A stretch of 64,000 bases of DNA, taken from NCBI GenBank assembly GCA_029258825.1, contig JAPDKA010000008.1:39548-103547 (forward strand), read 5' to 3'. Origin of the DNA: an archaeon. Its GTDB lineage: Archaea > Nanobdellota > Nanobdellia > Pacearchaeales > JAPDKA01. Positions 44,820 to 53,590 of the stretch are shown here, in pieces. Position numbers and translations under genes: made by a program. The notes under the pieces were generated by a model. It was not told where the DNA came from and searched no databases. It saw nothing but the letters and a program-made list of their open reading frames with translations. Numbering within the stretch: the stretch's first letter is position 1; each line of letters begins with the position of its first letter.

Positions 44820-45500
44820 TTATTTTGCTGTAAGCTTTGCTTTTTTTATTTCGAGCCAACCAACATGATTCTTGTAGTGCTCGACAGCATTAACAATTTC
44901 GATGCGTTTTTTGAACAAAGGACAATCAAGTACAAGCGTTTCAATTTCACCGCCTTCACCGCTAGGATTTAGTTTATATTGTTGTTGCATCTTGCTTAAT
45001 TCTTTTATGGCTTTCTCATCTATCTTTCTGCCAAGCCATTCCTGCGTTAAAGGCCATGCAAAAATTCCGGTAATAATTACTTCAAAACCTGCTGCCAGCA
45101 TTTGTTTAAGTAATGTTATTTGGTCTTGACACCACAAAGGATTGAAGCAATGTATGTTTAATTTATTGCATACTTGTTGGATCCTTGTTGCTTGATAAGT
45201 TGATGCAATCGCACCAGAAACAACACCATCAATGTTGTATTGCTTTATAGCTTTTCGTATCGCTTTTAATAAATCGCTAATTTCTTTTTCTTTTTGCCCT
45301 GTTGTTTTCTGCACTATTTGTTTTATGCCTAATGCCTTACTCGCGAGTTTTGTTAATTCTATATTTACTGTATGAAACATATAACTATATTTATTTTGTG
45401 CATTAAGTGTTATGCAACACGCTATGTTGGCGTATTGTTTTGCCCTATATAATGCAAAACACGAATCTTTGCCTGCTGTAAACAATACTGCAAGTTGCAT
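44820..45500 (-). CDS. dph6: diphthine-ammonia ligase-type ATP pyrophosphatase (Dph6/MJ0570 family)
   Basis: LFTAGKDS PP-loop, GAIASTYQATRIQQVC, NPLW and GEGGEIETLVLDCPLFKK. All are characteristic of the MJ0570/Dph6 N-terminal domain. Confidence 0.85.
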   Translation of the reverse strand: MQLAVLFTAGKDSCFALYRAKQYANIACCITLNAQNKYSYMFHTVNIELTKLASKALGIKQIVQKTTGQKEKEISDLLKAIRKAIKQYNIDGVVSGAIASTYQATRIQQVCNKLNIHCFNPLWCQDQITLLKQMLAAGFEVIITGIFAWPLTQEWLGRKIDEKAIKELSKMQQQYKLNPSGEGGEIETLVLDCPLFKKRIEIVNAVEHYKNHVGWLEIKKAKLTAK

Positions 45501-45546
45501 TTAACAGAATATGGATGTTAATTTATAAAATTTAATTTTTTTGATG

Positions 45547-45756
45547 TTACAAATGCTTACTTGCATAAAATATTAAAGCAAGACCAAAGAACGCAGTTAA
45601 AGCATAATACACGATAGGGTTTGATGGTAAAAAACCAAGCAATTCAGGCATAAACGATTTTACGATTGCAGCAATTCCAATTAAAAAAATTATAAAACCA
45701 ACCAGCATAATAGTGATTTTTGTTATTATTAATCCTGAACTATAGCTAGTCATCAT
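45547..45756 (-). CDS. small two-helix membrane protein
   Basis: 69 aa with two hydrophobic helices. No other support. Confidence 0.4.
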   Translation of the reverse strand: MMTSYSSGLIITKITIMLVGFIIFLIGIAAIVKSFMPELLGFLPSNPIVYYALTAFFGLALIFYASKHL

Positions 45757-45800
45757 GTGTTTGCATAGTTACATAAATTTATAAATTTTCCGATGTAATT

Positions 45801-46646
45801 ATGAGTATGGTCGATAATGAAAAAATTAATGTTAGAGGCTTTGAAACAGTTGGTGATATTGCAATAATCTCTCTACCGATACAACTAAATGCAAGACAAC
45901 TGAAGCAAATAAAAAGTAAAGCAAGAGAAATACTAAAGCATAAGCATATTAATACAGTCTTACTTAAATGTCAAAAAGTAGGTGGCAAGATTAGAACAGC
46001 AAGCTATATGTGGCTTGCTGGTCAGCGAAAAACACAAACAGTGCATAAAGAAAATGGATGTATTATGCATGTTGATTTGGCTAAAGTTTATTTTAGCGCA
46101 AGATTAAGCAGCGAAAGGTTGTTTATTGCACAAGACATAGTTAAGCATATTAAGTCAAAAAAATCAAAATATAGAAAAGCGAGCATTGCAGTGTTGTTCT
46201 GTGGAATTGCTCCTTACGCTTTGGTTTTAGCAAGGCAGCTAAAGCTAAATAAAATTAATGCAACTATAGAATGTGTTGATATCAATGCGTATGCAATTAA
46301 ACTTGCAAAAATTAATGTTAAGCTTAATGGTTTTAACAATATCAATGTTGTCCGTGGAGACGTGAAAAATATAACAAGATTGTTTAGAAAAAAATTTGAT
46401 TTTGTTCTTGCGTTAAGACCACAAACAGATTATGATTTTATCAAAGAAGTGTTAAGCATAACTAAAAAGCATGGTATTGTTTATTATAGAGATTTTGTTA
46501 ATGCTGTAGAACTTGGCAAATTGAAACAACAAATTGTGGAAAAAGCAAAAACATGCGGTTTTAATGTTAAAGTGCTGAGCATAAGAAAAGCAGGCCAAAT
46601 CAAACCTAGATTTTGGCGTGTTCTTGTTAAGATGGTTAAGCTATAG
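45801..46646 (+). CDS. trm5: Trm5/Taw2-family (Met-10+ like) tRNA methyltransferase
   Basis: FETVGDIAIISLP and HVDLAKVYFSARLSSERL are typical of COG2520. A SAM-binding Rossmann region follows (VDINAYAIKLAKINVKLNG). Confidence 0.75.
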   Translation: MSMVDNEKINVRGFETVGDIAIISLPIQLNARQLKQIKSKAREILKHKHINTVLLKCQKVGGKIRTASYMWLAGQRKTQTVHKENGCIMHVDLAKVYFSARLSSERLFIAQDIVKHIKSKKSKYRKASIAVLFCGIAPYALVLARQLKLNKINATIECVDINAYAIKLAKINVKLNGFNNINVVRGDVKNITRLFRKKFDFVLALRPQTDYDFIKEVLSITKKHGIVYYRDFVNAVELGKLKQQIVEKAKTCGFNVKVLSIRKAGQIKPRFWRVLVKMVKL

Positions 46647-47957
46647 TTACTCCCGTTTTTCCACTTTTACAGCTGTTGGAGATTCTCCGCCATGCCATGT
46701 ATAGCGTGGCCTTACGCGAATAGCATAAATGCGTTCGCTATTATCGTCTAGCACCAAAGCGCTGCCTTTTAATTTTGGTAAATTGTTTAAACTTGCTATA
46801 ATATCTTCACTAAGATAAGTTTGCATTATACTGCTTAATGCCTGTATGTCTGGCTTTGCTGTTAGCCTATGGCTGATCACAATGTCTGCTTGAGTCATAG
46901 CGTCTGTATGTATTTTTCCTGGTTGTTGTGTAGCTAACACTAAGCTTATACCTGGCTGACGACCTTCTCTTAGCAATTGAATCAATGCGTCTGTTGCTGC
47001 TGTTTTGCCTTTTTCCGGAATAAACTCGTGCGCTTCGTCAATAAAAATCCAAACTAAAGGCATTTTTCTTTTTTGTGTGTACGCTAAATAATCCATACCG
47101 TGCTTTACAGCTTCTGCTTCTTCCTGCTTTCTTGCTTTCATTCTAGCTTGAAATATTTTTTTGCATACTAATCCAATAACTAACGCACGAATGTTGAAAC
47201 TGCCAATGCTTGTATACATGCTTAAGTCCAGGACAGTGGTTTTGCCAACATTAATTAGTTCTTCAACTTTACTTGCTTCTTGATGTTTTGTTGCAAATAT
47301 TTGCCATGTTTTTGCTGCCTCGAACATGTTTATTGCAGCAAGCTTTGCAGTTTTGCTTATTTCTTTGTCTTTGCTTATTACATCGATAATGTCATCTATA
47401 TCGTAATTGTTTGCACTAGCTTGTAGCATTGTTACTGCTTTTTGTATAGCGATGCCTGTTTCATCATTAAAGTTAAGACCAAATGTTATTAGCCAATCAT
47501 CAGCATTGATGTCTGGAACGTGTAAAGCGAATGGTTTAGCATTAATGCCAAATTTTTCGAATTTAGTAACATAACCATATGGCACGTACACAACTACTGG
47601 CAACGATTTTGGCTTGAGTTGCCATTGCCTCAATAGCTCTATTTCTTTATCGTTTCTGTATGCCATGGTCCAAAAAATACCCATAGTATCAAATATGAGT
47701 CCTGCAATGTTCTGCTTTACTTCTTCACTTTGATTTGTTAGCTCTTCTGCGATCACAGCAAGCGTATACGATTTACCACTACCACGCTTACCGCATATAA
47801 GAACAACATGACTTCTTGCGGTGTCCATCATAACAGGATTGCTCAAGCTTACCAAGTGCCCCATTCTTACCCATTGTTTGCCGATATATGCTAGTGCTTT
47901 TTTGCCGAATCGTTTCATATCGTCTTCGTCACGGCCAATCACAACCTCTTGCGGCAT
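46647..47957 (-). CDS. HerA-like (DUF87) P-loop ATPase
   Basis: Walker A CGKRGSGKS and Walker B WIFIDEAHEF. The arginine-finger region ATQQPGKI fits HerA/FtsK-class ATPases. Confidence 0.75.
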   Translation of the reverse strand: MPQEVVIGRDEDDMKRFGKKALAYIGKQWVRMGHLVSLSNPVMMDTARSHVVLICGKRGSGKSYTLAVIAEELTNQSEEVKQNIAGLIFDTMGIFWTMAYRNDKEIELLRQWQLKPKSLPVVVYVPYGYVTKFEKFGINAKPFALHVPDINADDWLITFGLNFNDETGIAIQKAVTMLQASANNYDIDDIIDVISKDKEISKTAKLAAINMFEAAKTWQIFATKHQEASKVEELINVGKTTVLDLSMYTSIGSFNIRALVIGLVCKKIFQARMKARKQEEAEAVKHGMDYLAYTQKRKMPLVWIFIDEAHEFIPEKGKTAATDALIQLLREGRQPGISLVLATQQPGKIHTDAMTQADIVISHRLTAKPDIQALSSIMQTYLSEDIIASLNNLPKLKGSALVLDDNSERIYAIRVRPRYTWHGGESPTAVKVEKRE

Positions 47958-48121
47958 TTTCCACCTCTTTTTTAACTATTTTGACTTTTATCAATAAAAA
48001 TGTTTTGGTTTTTTATTTTTCAGAAATCGTTAATGGAAACATTTAAAAACTAGCCAATGTTAAAATTAACGCTAATGCTGATGCCTGGGAAGGGTATTTG
48101 CTTTTTTATTTTGTTTTGAAA

Positions 48122-49576
48122 ATGACAGACAAAACCAAACAAGAAGGACAGCAAAAGAAGCAACGTAAAAAGCCTAAAAAAACTCTACTGTTTATTGGTT
48201 TAGGTGTTGTTGTAGTGCTAGCAGGATTGTTACTGTTGTTCTCTTTTAAACATACTGAAGCTTATACTACTTCATACACAGTAAGTTACGCTTTGATCAT
48301 TGATAATCAAACTGTAAAACAAGATAATATTACATTCATGCAAGGTAAATTATCATCATTACTTGGTTTGATGTCAACTAAGCTGGACGATGCTGTTGCA
48401 TCAATGCAAGTTGGCGACGAAATTACTTTGACGCTTAATGCTAGTGAAGCATTTGGCGAATACGATGAAAGTAAGAGAATTACTGTTAACAGAACAAACA
48501 ACTTAGAAAGAAAAAGTGAAATAGATAAGTTTTTTTATATAACTCTTGACAAGTTTGTTGAGGTATTTAACGAACAGCCAATTGTGGGCAATGCTTATTC
48601 AACACAAGGTCTTAGGTGGCAACTAAAAGTTGTTGAAGTTAACGATAGTCTTGTTAAACTTGAGCATCTTGCTAAGATTGGTGACACTATGCCTTTAGGC
48701 TTTCTTGGTTTGACACAAAAAGTTATTGGTGTTACAAGTGACAAGATTATACTTGAAATTGAAGGACAACCAACAAGTATGGAAACGCCTAATGGTGTGC
48801 TTGAAGTAAGTTTTGATGACGATTATGTTTATTTTACACTAACACCTGAAATCGGTCAAGAAGTTGAGTTGAATGGTGTTAAAGGCAGAGTTGTTGAAAT
48901 TACTAATGATTCGATTGTAGTTGATGCTAATCCGTTGTATGCAGGAAAGCAAGTTGTGATTAAGCTTAAGCTTTTAGCAAAGCAAAAGGTAAAAGCAAGT
49001 ATAAGTGCAAGTTGTGTATATCATCCGAATGCGCCAACAATGCAAGTATTCATCATGAGTTATTGCCCTTTTGGATTGCAAATGGTAAAAGGTTTGCTTC
49101 CTGTGTGGAAGTTGCTTGGAGATAAGGCAAACATTGAGTTGAGGTTTGTTAGTTATACTATGCACGGCCCTAAAGAAGAAGAAGAAAACAAACGTATGAT
49201 ATGTATTAGGGAAGAACAATGTGATAAACTTATTACATATCTTGAATGTTTTGCTGGTAGTGGCGATTGGGAAAAATGTATTGCTCAGGCAGGAATTGAC
49301 AAAGCAAAACTAGAGCAATGCATGCAGTTCAGAGCTGAAAACTATTTTAAAGTTGACAAGCAACTTAACGAGAAATATGGTGTGCGTGGAAGTCCTACTG
49401 TTGTTATAAATGGCAAAGTAGTTGAAATATGGCCTCGTTCTCCTGAAAACATAAAGCAAGAACTTTGTAAGGCTTTTGCTAACCCTCCTGAAGAATGCAA
49501 TCAACAATTATCAACGCAAAACCCTAGCCCAGGTTTTGGTTATGGCACAAGCAGTGCTGGTGGTAGTTGTGCGTGA
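48122..49576 (+). CDS. membrane-anchored FKBP-type PPIase-like domain fused to a DsbA/thioredoxin-like domain
   Basis: TM (LLFIGLGVVVVLAGLLLLF). FKBP-like MQVGDEITLTLNASEAFGEYD. The C-terminal thioredoxin-like part has SYCPFG at the active-site position and the cis-Pro loop GVRGSPTVVINGK. ATG at 48122 preferred. Confidence 0.6.
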   Translation: MTDKTKQEGQQKKQRKKPKKTLLFIGLGVVVVLAGLLLLFSFKHTEAYTTSYTVSYALIIDNQTVKQDNITFMQGKLSSLLGLMSTKLDDAVASMQVGDEITLTLNASEAFGEYDESKRITVNRTNNLERKSEIDKFFYITLDKFVEVFNEQPIVGNAYSTQGLRWQLKVVEVNDSLVKLEHLAKIGDTMPLGFLGLTQKVIGVTSDKIILEIEGQPTSMETPNGVLEVSFDDDYVYFTLTPEIGQEVELNGVKGRVVEITNDSIVVDANPLYAGKQVVIKLKLLAKQKVKASISASCVYHPNAPTMQVFIMSYCPFGLQMVKGLLPVWKLLGDKANIELRFVSYTMHGPKEEEENKRMICIREEQCDKLITYLECFAGSGDWEKCIAQAGIDKAKLEQCMQFRAENYFKVDKQLNEKYGVRGSPTVVINGKVVEIWPRSPENIKQELCKAFANPPEECNQQLSTQNPSPGFGYGTSSAGGSCA

Positions 49577-49630
49577 GTTGTGTGCTATTTCTTGTTTTTG
49601 ATTTGCTTGTTCACTTTCAATAGCAAAAAC

Positions 49631-49638
49631 CTTTAAAA
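49631..49638 (+). promoter_or_regulatory. TATA box (CTTTAAAA) for hisS
   Basis: Ends 21 nt before the ATG at 49660. Confidence 0.45.
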
Positions 49639-49659
49639 TTGGTGTGTTTTTAGTTATGC

Positions 49660-50964
49660 ATGAAATTGAGGCAACTTAAAGGGACAAGAGAGTATTTACC
49701 AGAACAGCAAATTCTGCGTGAATACATTGTTGATGTTCTCAAGACAGTTTTTAAGAAATACGGCTACAAGCCAATAGAAACGAGCATACTTGAGTTTTAT
49801 GATATAGCAGCAAGCAAATACGCTGGTGGTGAAGAAATACTCAAGGAGATTTATAGGCTTAAAGATAATGCTGGCAGGCAACTCTGTTTGAGATATGAGT
49901 TAACATTTAAACTTGCTAAATTGGTTGGTCTTAATCCAAACATAAAGCTTCCTTTAAAGCGCTATGAAATTGGTAAAGTTTTTCGTGATGGTCCTGTAAA
50001 GACAGGCCGTTTGCGTGAGTTTACTCAATGCGATGTAGATTGTGTTGGCACTAGCAATCTTGCAGTTGATGCAGAATTAATTGCTCTTGCGTTTGATGTT
50101 TTTAATGCTTTAAGCTTGGATGTGTATGTTCTTGTCAACAATCGCAAATTGCTTTTTGGTTTGTTCGAATATTGCGGCATTGATAAGAAAAAATTTGTTG
50201 ATGCTGCACTTTGCTTAGATAAGCTAGAAAAAATAGGCAAGCAAGAAGTAGCGCGAGAAATGAAACAAAAAGGCATAAGCGAAAAATGCATAAATCAACT
50301 TTTTAGCATTATTGATGAAGTGCAAAAACTGAAAAGCAACAAACAAAAACTTGATTTTGTAAAGAAAAAACTAAACAATGAACTAGCGCAAGAAGGAATT
50401 GCGCAACTTGAACAGTTTTTTGATTTTTGTGATGCACTCAAGCTAAATCAGCAAAACATCGTGTTGGCTTTATTTTTAGCTAGAGGTCTTGCCTACTACA
50501 CAGGCATGATGTGGGAATTTTACTTAAAAAATTCAAGCATAAAAAGTTCTGTGGCAGCTGGTGGCAGGTGGGACGAAATGATACAAAACTTTCTGCAATG
50601 CAAGCAACAGTATCCTGCAACAGGTATGAGCTTTGGATTGGATGTAATTTATGAAGCATTGAAAGAGAAAAAATTAGCTATTCCTACTTCATTGCAAATA
50701 CCAAAAGTGTTAATAATACCAATAAACACATTAAAAACAAGTATGGAAATAGCACAAAAATTGCGTGAAGCCGGTATTAGTACTGATATAAGCATTGATA
50801 AAAAGTTAAGTAAAGCTTTAGACTATGCTAACAAACTGAACATCCCTTTTTGTATTATTGTTGGTAGTAAAGAACTGCAGCAGGACAAAGTCAAATTGAG
50901 AGATATGCAAACTGGCAAAGAACAATTGCTAACATTAACCCAAGTAATTAAGAAGTTGAAATAA
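49660..50964 (+). CDS. hisS: histidyl-tRNA synthetase
   Basis: LKGTREYLP, class-II motif 2 (RYEIGKVFRDGP...GRLREFTQCDVD), motif 3 region (GGRWDEM) and an anticodon-binding C-domain. Confidence 0.95.
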   Translation: MKLRQLKGTREYLPEQQILREYIVDVLKTVFKKYGYKPIETSILEFYDIAASKYAGGEEILKEIYRLKDNAGRQLCLRYELTFKLAKLVGLNPNIKLPLKRYEIGKVFRDGPVKTGRLREFTQCDVDCVGTSNLAVDAELIALAFDVFNALSLDVYVLVNNRKLLFGLFEYCGIDKKKFVDAALCLDKLEKIGKQEVAREMKQKGISEKCINQLFSIIDEVQKLKSNKQKLDFVKKKLNNELAQEGIAQLEQFFDFCDALKLNQQNIVLALFLARGLAYYTGMMWEFYLKNSSIKSSVAAGGRWDEMIQNFLQCKQQYPATGMSFGLDVIYEALKEKKLAIPTSLQIPKVLIIPINTLKTSMEIAQKLREAGISTDISIDKKLSKALDYANKLNIPFCIIVGSKELQQDKVKLRDMQTGKEQLLTLTQVIKKLK

Positions 50965-51003
50965 ACATGTTTATTTTTCTGTAATTTCTAAAAAAACTAA
51001 GAG

Positions 51004-51076
51004 AGCCCCGGACGGGATTCGAACCCGCGACCTGCTGCTTACGAGGCAGCCGCTCTAACCGCTGAGCTACCGGGGC
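51004..51076 (-). tRNA. tRNA-Thr (anticodon CGU)
   Basis: The reverse complement folds as a cloverleaf. Acceptor GCCCCGG/CCGGGGC, D-arm AGCTCAGCGGTTAGAGC, anticodon stem GCTGC/GCAGC with loop CTCGTAA, T-loop TTCGAAT. Confidence 0.9.
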
Positions 51077-51168
51077 ATACATGAAGATCTTTTTATCACT
51101 ATAAATATTTTACTTAAGGAGTGAAAAAAAAGCTAAAATTTGATGTTAGTTTTTCAAGGCAATACAAT

Positions 51169-51672
51169 TTAAAACTTTTCCTGCAGGAAATTCTCTATTT
51201 TACTTTTCAATTTTTCTGCTAATTTTTCAAAATCTTTTGCTTTTATACTTTCATTTTTAGGATAAACTCTAATATCTAAATTTTGTTTTTTAATATCAAT
51301 ATAAATGTAAATTTGTAATCCTTCTTTTGTAAACGCAGTTATCGATTTTGGTCCAAAACTAATATTCTTTAAACCTAATCGTTCAAAATCTTTTTTCTTT
51401 TCTATTATCTTTTGTTCAAGATTTATGTATTTTTTCCATATCTTATCAAGTTTAGAGGTTTTTATTTTATATTTATCTGCTAATCTTTTAATTGTTAATA
51501 AATCATGTTTCCAATAAAAATCCGCTTTTTCTATTAGCGATTGAACAATTATAGCATCTCTTATATTCAGCACTTTTTGTTTTATTTTCTCAACTATTCT
51601 AAATACCTCTTTTTTCATTTCTTCATATAAATTTCTTAACTCGAAGAGCTTATCTTTTATCCTATTTTTCAT
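51169..51672 (-). CDS. hypothetical coiled-coil protein (K/E/I-rich)
   Basis: 167-aa ORF with no recognisable motif. Confidence 0.5.
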   Translation of the reverse strand: MKNRIKDKLFELRNLYEEMKKEVFRIVEKIKQKVLNIRDAIIVQSLIEKADFYWKHDLLTIKRLADKYKIKTSKLDKIWKKYINLEQKIIEKKKDFERLGLKNISFGPKSITAFTKEGLQIYIYIDIKKQNLDIRVYPKNESIKAKDFEKLAEKLKSKIENFLQEKF

Positions 51673-51728
51673 ATCCTTAGGAAAATTAAAAAACTTTTAA
51701 TTTTATCGTTAGTTTGTAGCTCTTAAGC

Positions 51729-51743
51729 CGAAATACTTAAATA
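51729..51743 (+). promoter_or_regulatory. BRE+TATA promoter (CGAAATACTTAAATA) for RNase P RNA
   Basis: Ends 21 nt before the first base of the P1 helix. Confidence 0.55.
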
Positions 51744-51764
51744 TATTTATAGCTTATTTAGTTG

Positions 51765-52031
51765 GATAGGCAAGCAGCCGACTTTCCGTCAGGAGGAAGG
51801 TCCGCCCACCGTTAACAAGCCGGCTCCGCAAGGAGCGTGCCGAAAGGCACGGCTCTGGCACAGAAACGATACGGCTAACAGCGTAGGATGATTGTTTATG
51901 ACGTTGCTGTTAGCCGATGAAACGGCCACCCCGGCTGGTGCAAGCATTTTGCGCTTAGTCGAATGTCGGCGTGCTCTTTTTCCAGCTTTTGGCTGGAAGG
52001 AGCAACAGAAGGCGGCCTATGCTTGCCTATC
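51765..52031 (+). ncRNA. rnpB: RNase P RNA (archaeal type A-like, compact)
   Basis: P1 helix ATAGGCAAGC (51766-51775) pairs with GCTTGCCTAT (52021-52030). Conserved P4 strands GGAGGAAGGTCCGCC and ACAGAAGGCGGCC, plus GGCACAGAAA. It is a GC-rich island in AT-rich DNA. Confidence 0.8.
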
Positions 52032-52039
52032 TTTGCCTA

Positions 52040-52045
52040 TTTTTT
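52040..52045 (+). terminator. oligo-T tract after RNase P RNA
   Basis: TTTTTT lies 9 nt after the P1 3' strand. Archaeal RNAP terminates at T-runs. Confidence 0.4.
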
Positions 52046-52111
52046 GTTCCCGAATCTTCATTTCGTTTTTTCATTCGTTAGTTTTATTAATGCTTTACTT
52101 TCTGCATTAAT

Positions 52112-52570
52112 ATGCAAAAAACAAGAAAAGCTGTGATTGCTGTTTCGCTAATTGTCGGTTTTATAAGCATAGTATCACTTATAACCATGTATATTCAAAC
52201 AAGATTGATTAAGGAAGGCAGCGCATGCTTATGTATAGTTCCGGTTTACTTGCTTGTTCCAATTTTATCTTGTTTTGGCCTTCTTATAGGTTTTATAGTT
52301 TATTCAATGCTAGCAGAAACAAAAGAGAAAGCAATTGCAAGAAACATAAGACATACATTAATGTTTCTTGATCCTGATGAGCGGGCTGTAATTGAAAAAA
52401 TAATAAACAACAAACAAATAAGTCAAGCAGCAATAAGTAAGGAGCTAGGTAAAGTTAAAGCACATCGCATTGTTGCAAAGTTATTGCAGAAAGGTATAAT
52501 CAAAGCTGTCAACGATGGAAAAACAAAAAAACTAAGATTGCACGATAAACTCGAAAAATTGTTTTACTGA
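52112..52570 (+). CDS. membrane-anchored winged-helix transcriptional regulator
   Basis: Two N-terminal TM helices, then a MarR/TrmB-like wHTH (ERAVIEKIINNKQISQAAISKELGKVKAHRIVAKLLQKGII). Confidence 0.6.
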   Translation: MQKTRKAVIAVSLIVGFISIVSLITMYIQTRLIKEGSACLCIVPVYLLVPILSCFGLLIGFIVYSMLAETKEKAIARNIRHTLMFLDPDERAVIEKIINNKQISQAAISKELGKVKAHRIVAKLLQKGIIKAVNDGKTKKLRLHDKLEKLFY

Positions 52571-52614
52571 TTCATCTTATTGAACAAATTTAAGCTAAAA
52601 AGTTAAGTAAATGT

Positions 52615-53154
52615 TTATTGTATTACTTCATCAAAGAATGGAACCATTTTATCAATTAATGCATCATCTTTGCTGCGTGATGCTATCACAACAAGTTTAG
52701 CATTGTATAACTTTACCTTTCTTATTAAAAATTGTATAAACCTTAGCACAGTATTTTCATTGTTATAAATCTTGAGTGTATTAACAGCATCTATTACTAC
52801 TGCCTTTTTACCAGGAACTACTTCGAGAAATTGAGAAACACTAATGCCTATGCTTGTTAGATCTGCAGGGTTTTGTATGAATAATACATTTTCTGTTCTT
52901 ATCTTTGAAGGCATTGCTTGGGTAGAACAATCGACAAAAAATATTTTTTCAGGATTTATTTCGTTTTTTTCTATCATAGAAAGGTATGTGCTTGCTGGTT
53001 TTGCAAGGCTAATGAAAATTGTAGGCACATTAAGCACATCTAGTACAGAAATAACTGCATCATTGAACACAGACGGATCTACAACAAGCAAAGACGAATC
53101 TACTTTATTTATTCTTTCTAACCCCTTCCTTATTGTCCTATCAAATACTATCAT
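52615..53154 (-). CDS. KaiC/RecA-fold-like protein lacking a Walker A motif (DUF835-like guess)
   Basis: Alternating beta-strand/helix pattern (LLVVDPS..., IFFVDCST, AVVIDAVNTL, LVVIASRS) like KaiC/RadA-type cores, but no GxxGxGKT. Confidence 0.35.
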   Translation of the reverse strand: MIVFDRTIRKGLERINKVDSSLLVVDPSVFNDAVISVLDVLNVPTIFISLAKPASTYLSMIEKNEINPEKIFFVDCSTQAMPSKIRTENVLFIQNPADLTSIGISVSQFLEVVPGKKAVVIDAVNTLKIYNNENTVLRFIQFLIRKVKLYNAKLVVIASRSKDDALIDKMVPFFDEVIQ

Positions 53155-53217
53155 ATTAATGCTTGTTTTTTTAGCTTTATAATCTTTTTGTTTTATGGCT
53201 TACCCAATTGCCACATA

Positions 53218-53589
53218 TTATTTAAGCTTATATCTTTTAACTTTGTTTTTCTTTTTTAATGCTATTTGGCTAAATTTCACAATCCTGAACCCGTAAGTTC
53301 TACCAAACCAAGCAATTCTGAACAAGCAAATACAGAGCAGCACTAGTCCTGCAATAAAAAGCGTATTAGCAGCATGCCCTACACCCTGATCAAAATCATA
53401 TAAAAAGCGTAAAAGTTTTAGTACTTCATTGGCTAGGAAAAAGATAAATGAAGAGCTAAGCAACATTAGTATTTGTTTTAGCGAACCGCTCACACGAAAT
53501 GCAGAATTGAAAATTAGAGATGTAGCATACAGAATCAGCAGTACACTAATACCTGCCATTACAATGTTAATTACTTGCCAATTCAACAT
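53218..53589 (-). CDS. membrane protein (about 3-4 TM)
   Basis: Hydrophobic ORF starting 1 nt after the upstream gene's stop. Confidence 0.5.
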   Translation of the reverse strand: MLNWQVINIVMAGISVLLILYATSLIFNSAFRVSGSLKQILMLLSSSFIFFLANEVLKLLRFLYDFDQGVGHAANTLFIAGLVLLCICLFRIAWFGRTYGFRIVKFSQIALKKKNKVKRYKLK

Positions 53590-53590
53590 T

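Noticed and set aside
46647-47957. HerA-like ATPase as the assembly motor for the pilin-like proteins.
   Set aside because: Archaeal type-IV-like filaments use ArlI/PilB (GspE-family) ATPases with a PilC/ArlJ platform. This protein has HerA/FtsK-type motifs, is monocistronic and has no platform partner.
51892-52110. 72-aa ORF inside the GC-rich segment.
   Set aside because: The region is RNase P RNA (P1/P4 pairing and conserved junctions). The ORF has no start context or coding signature.
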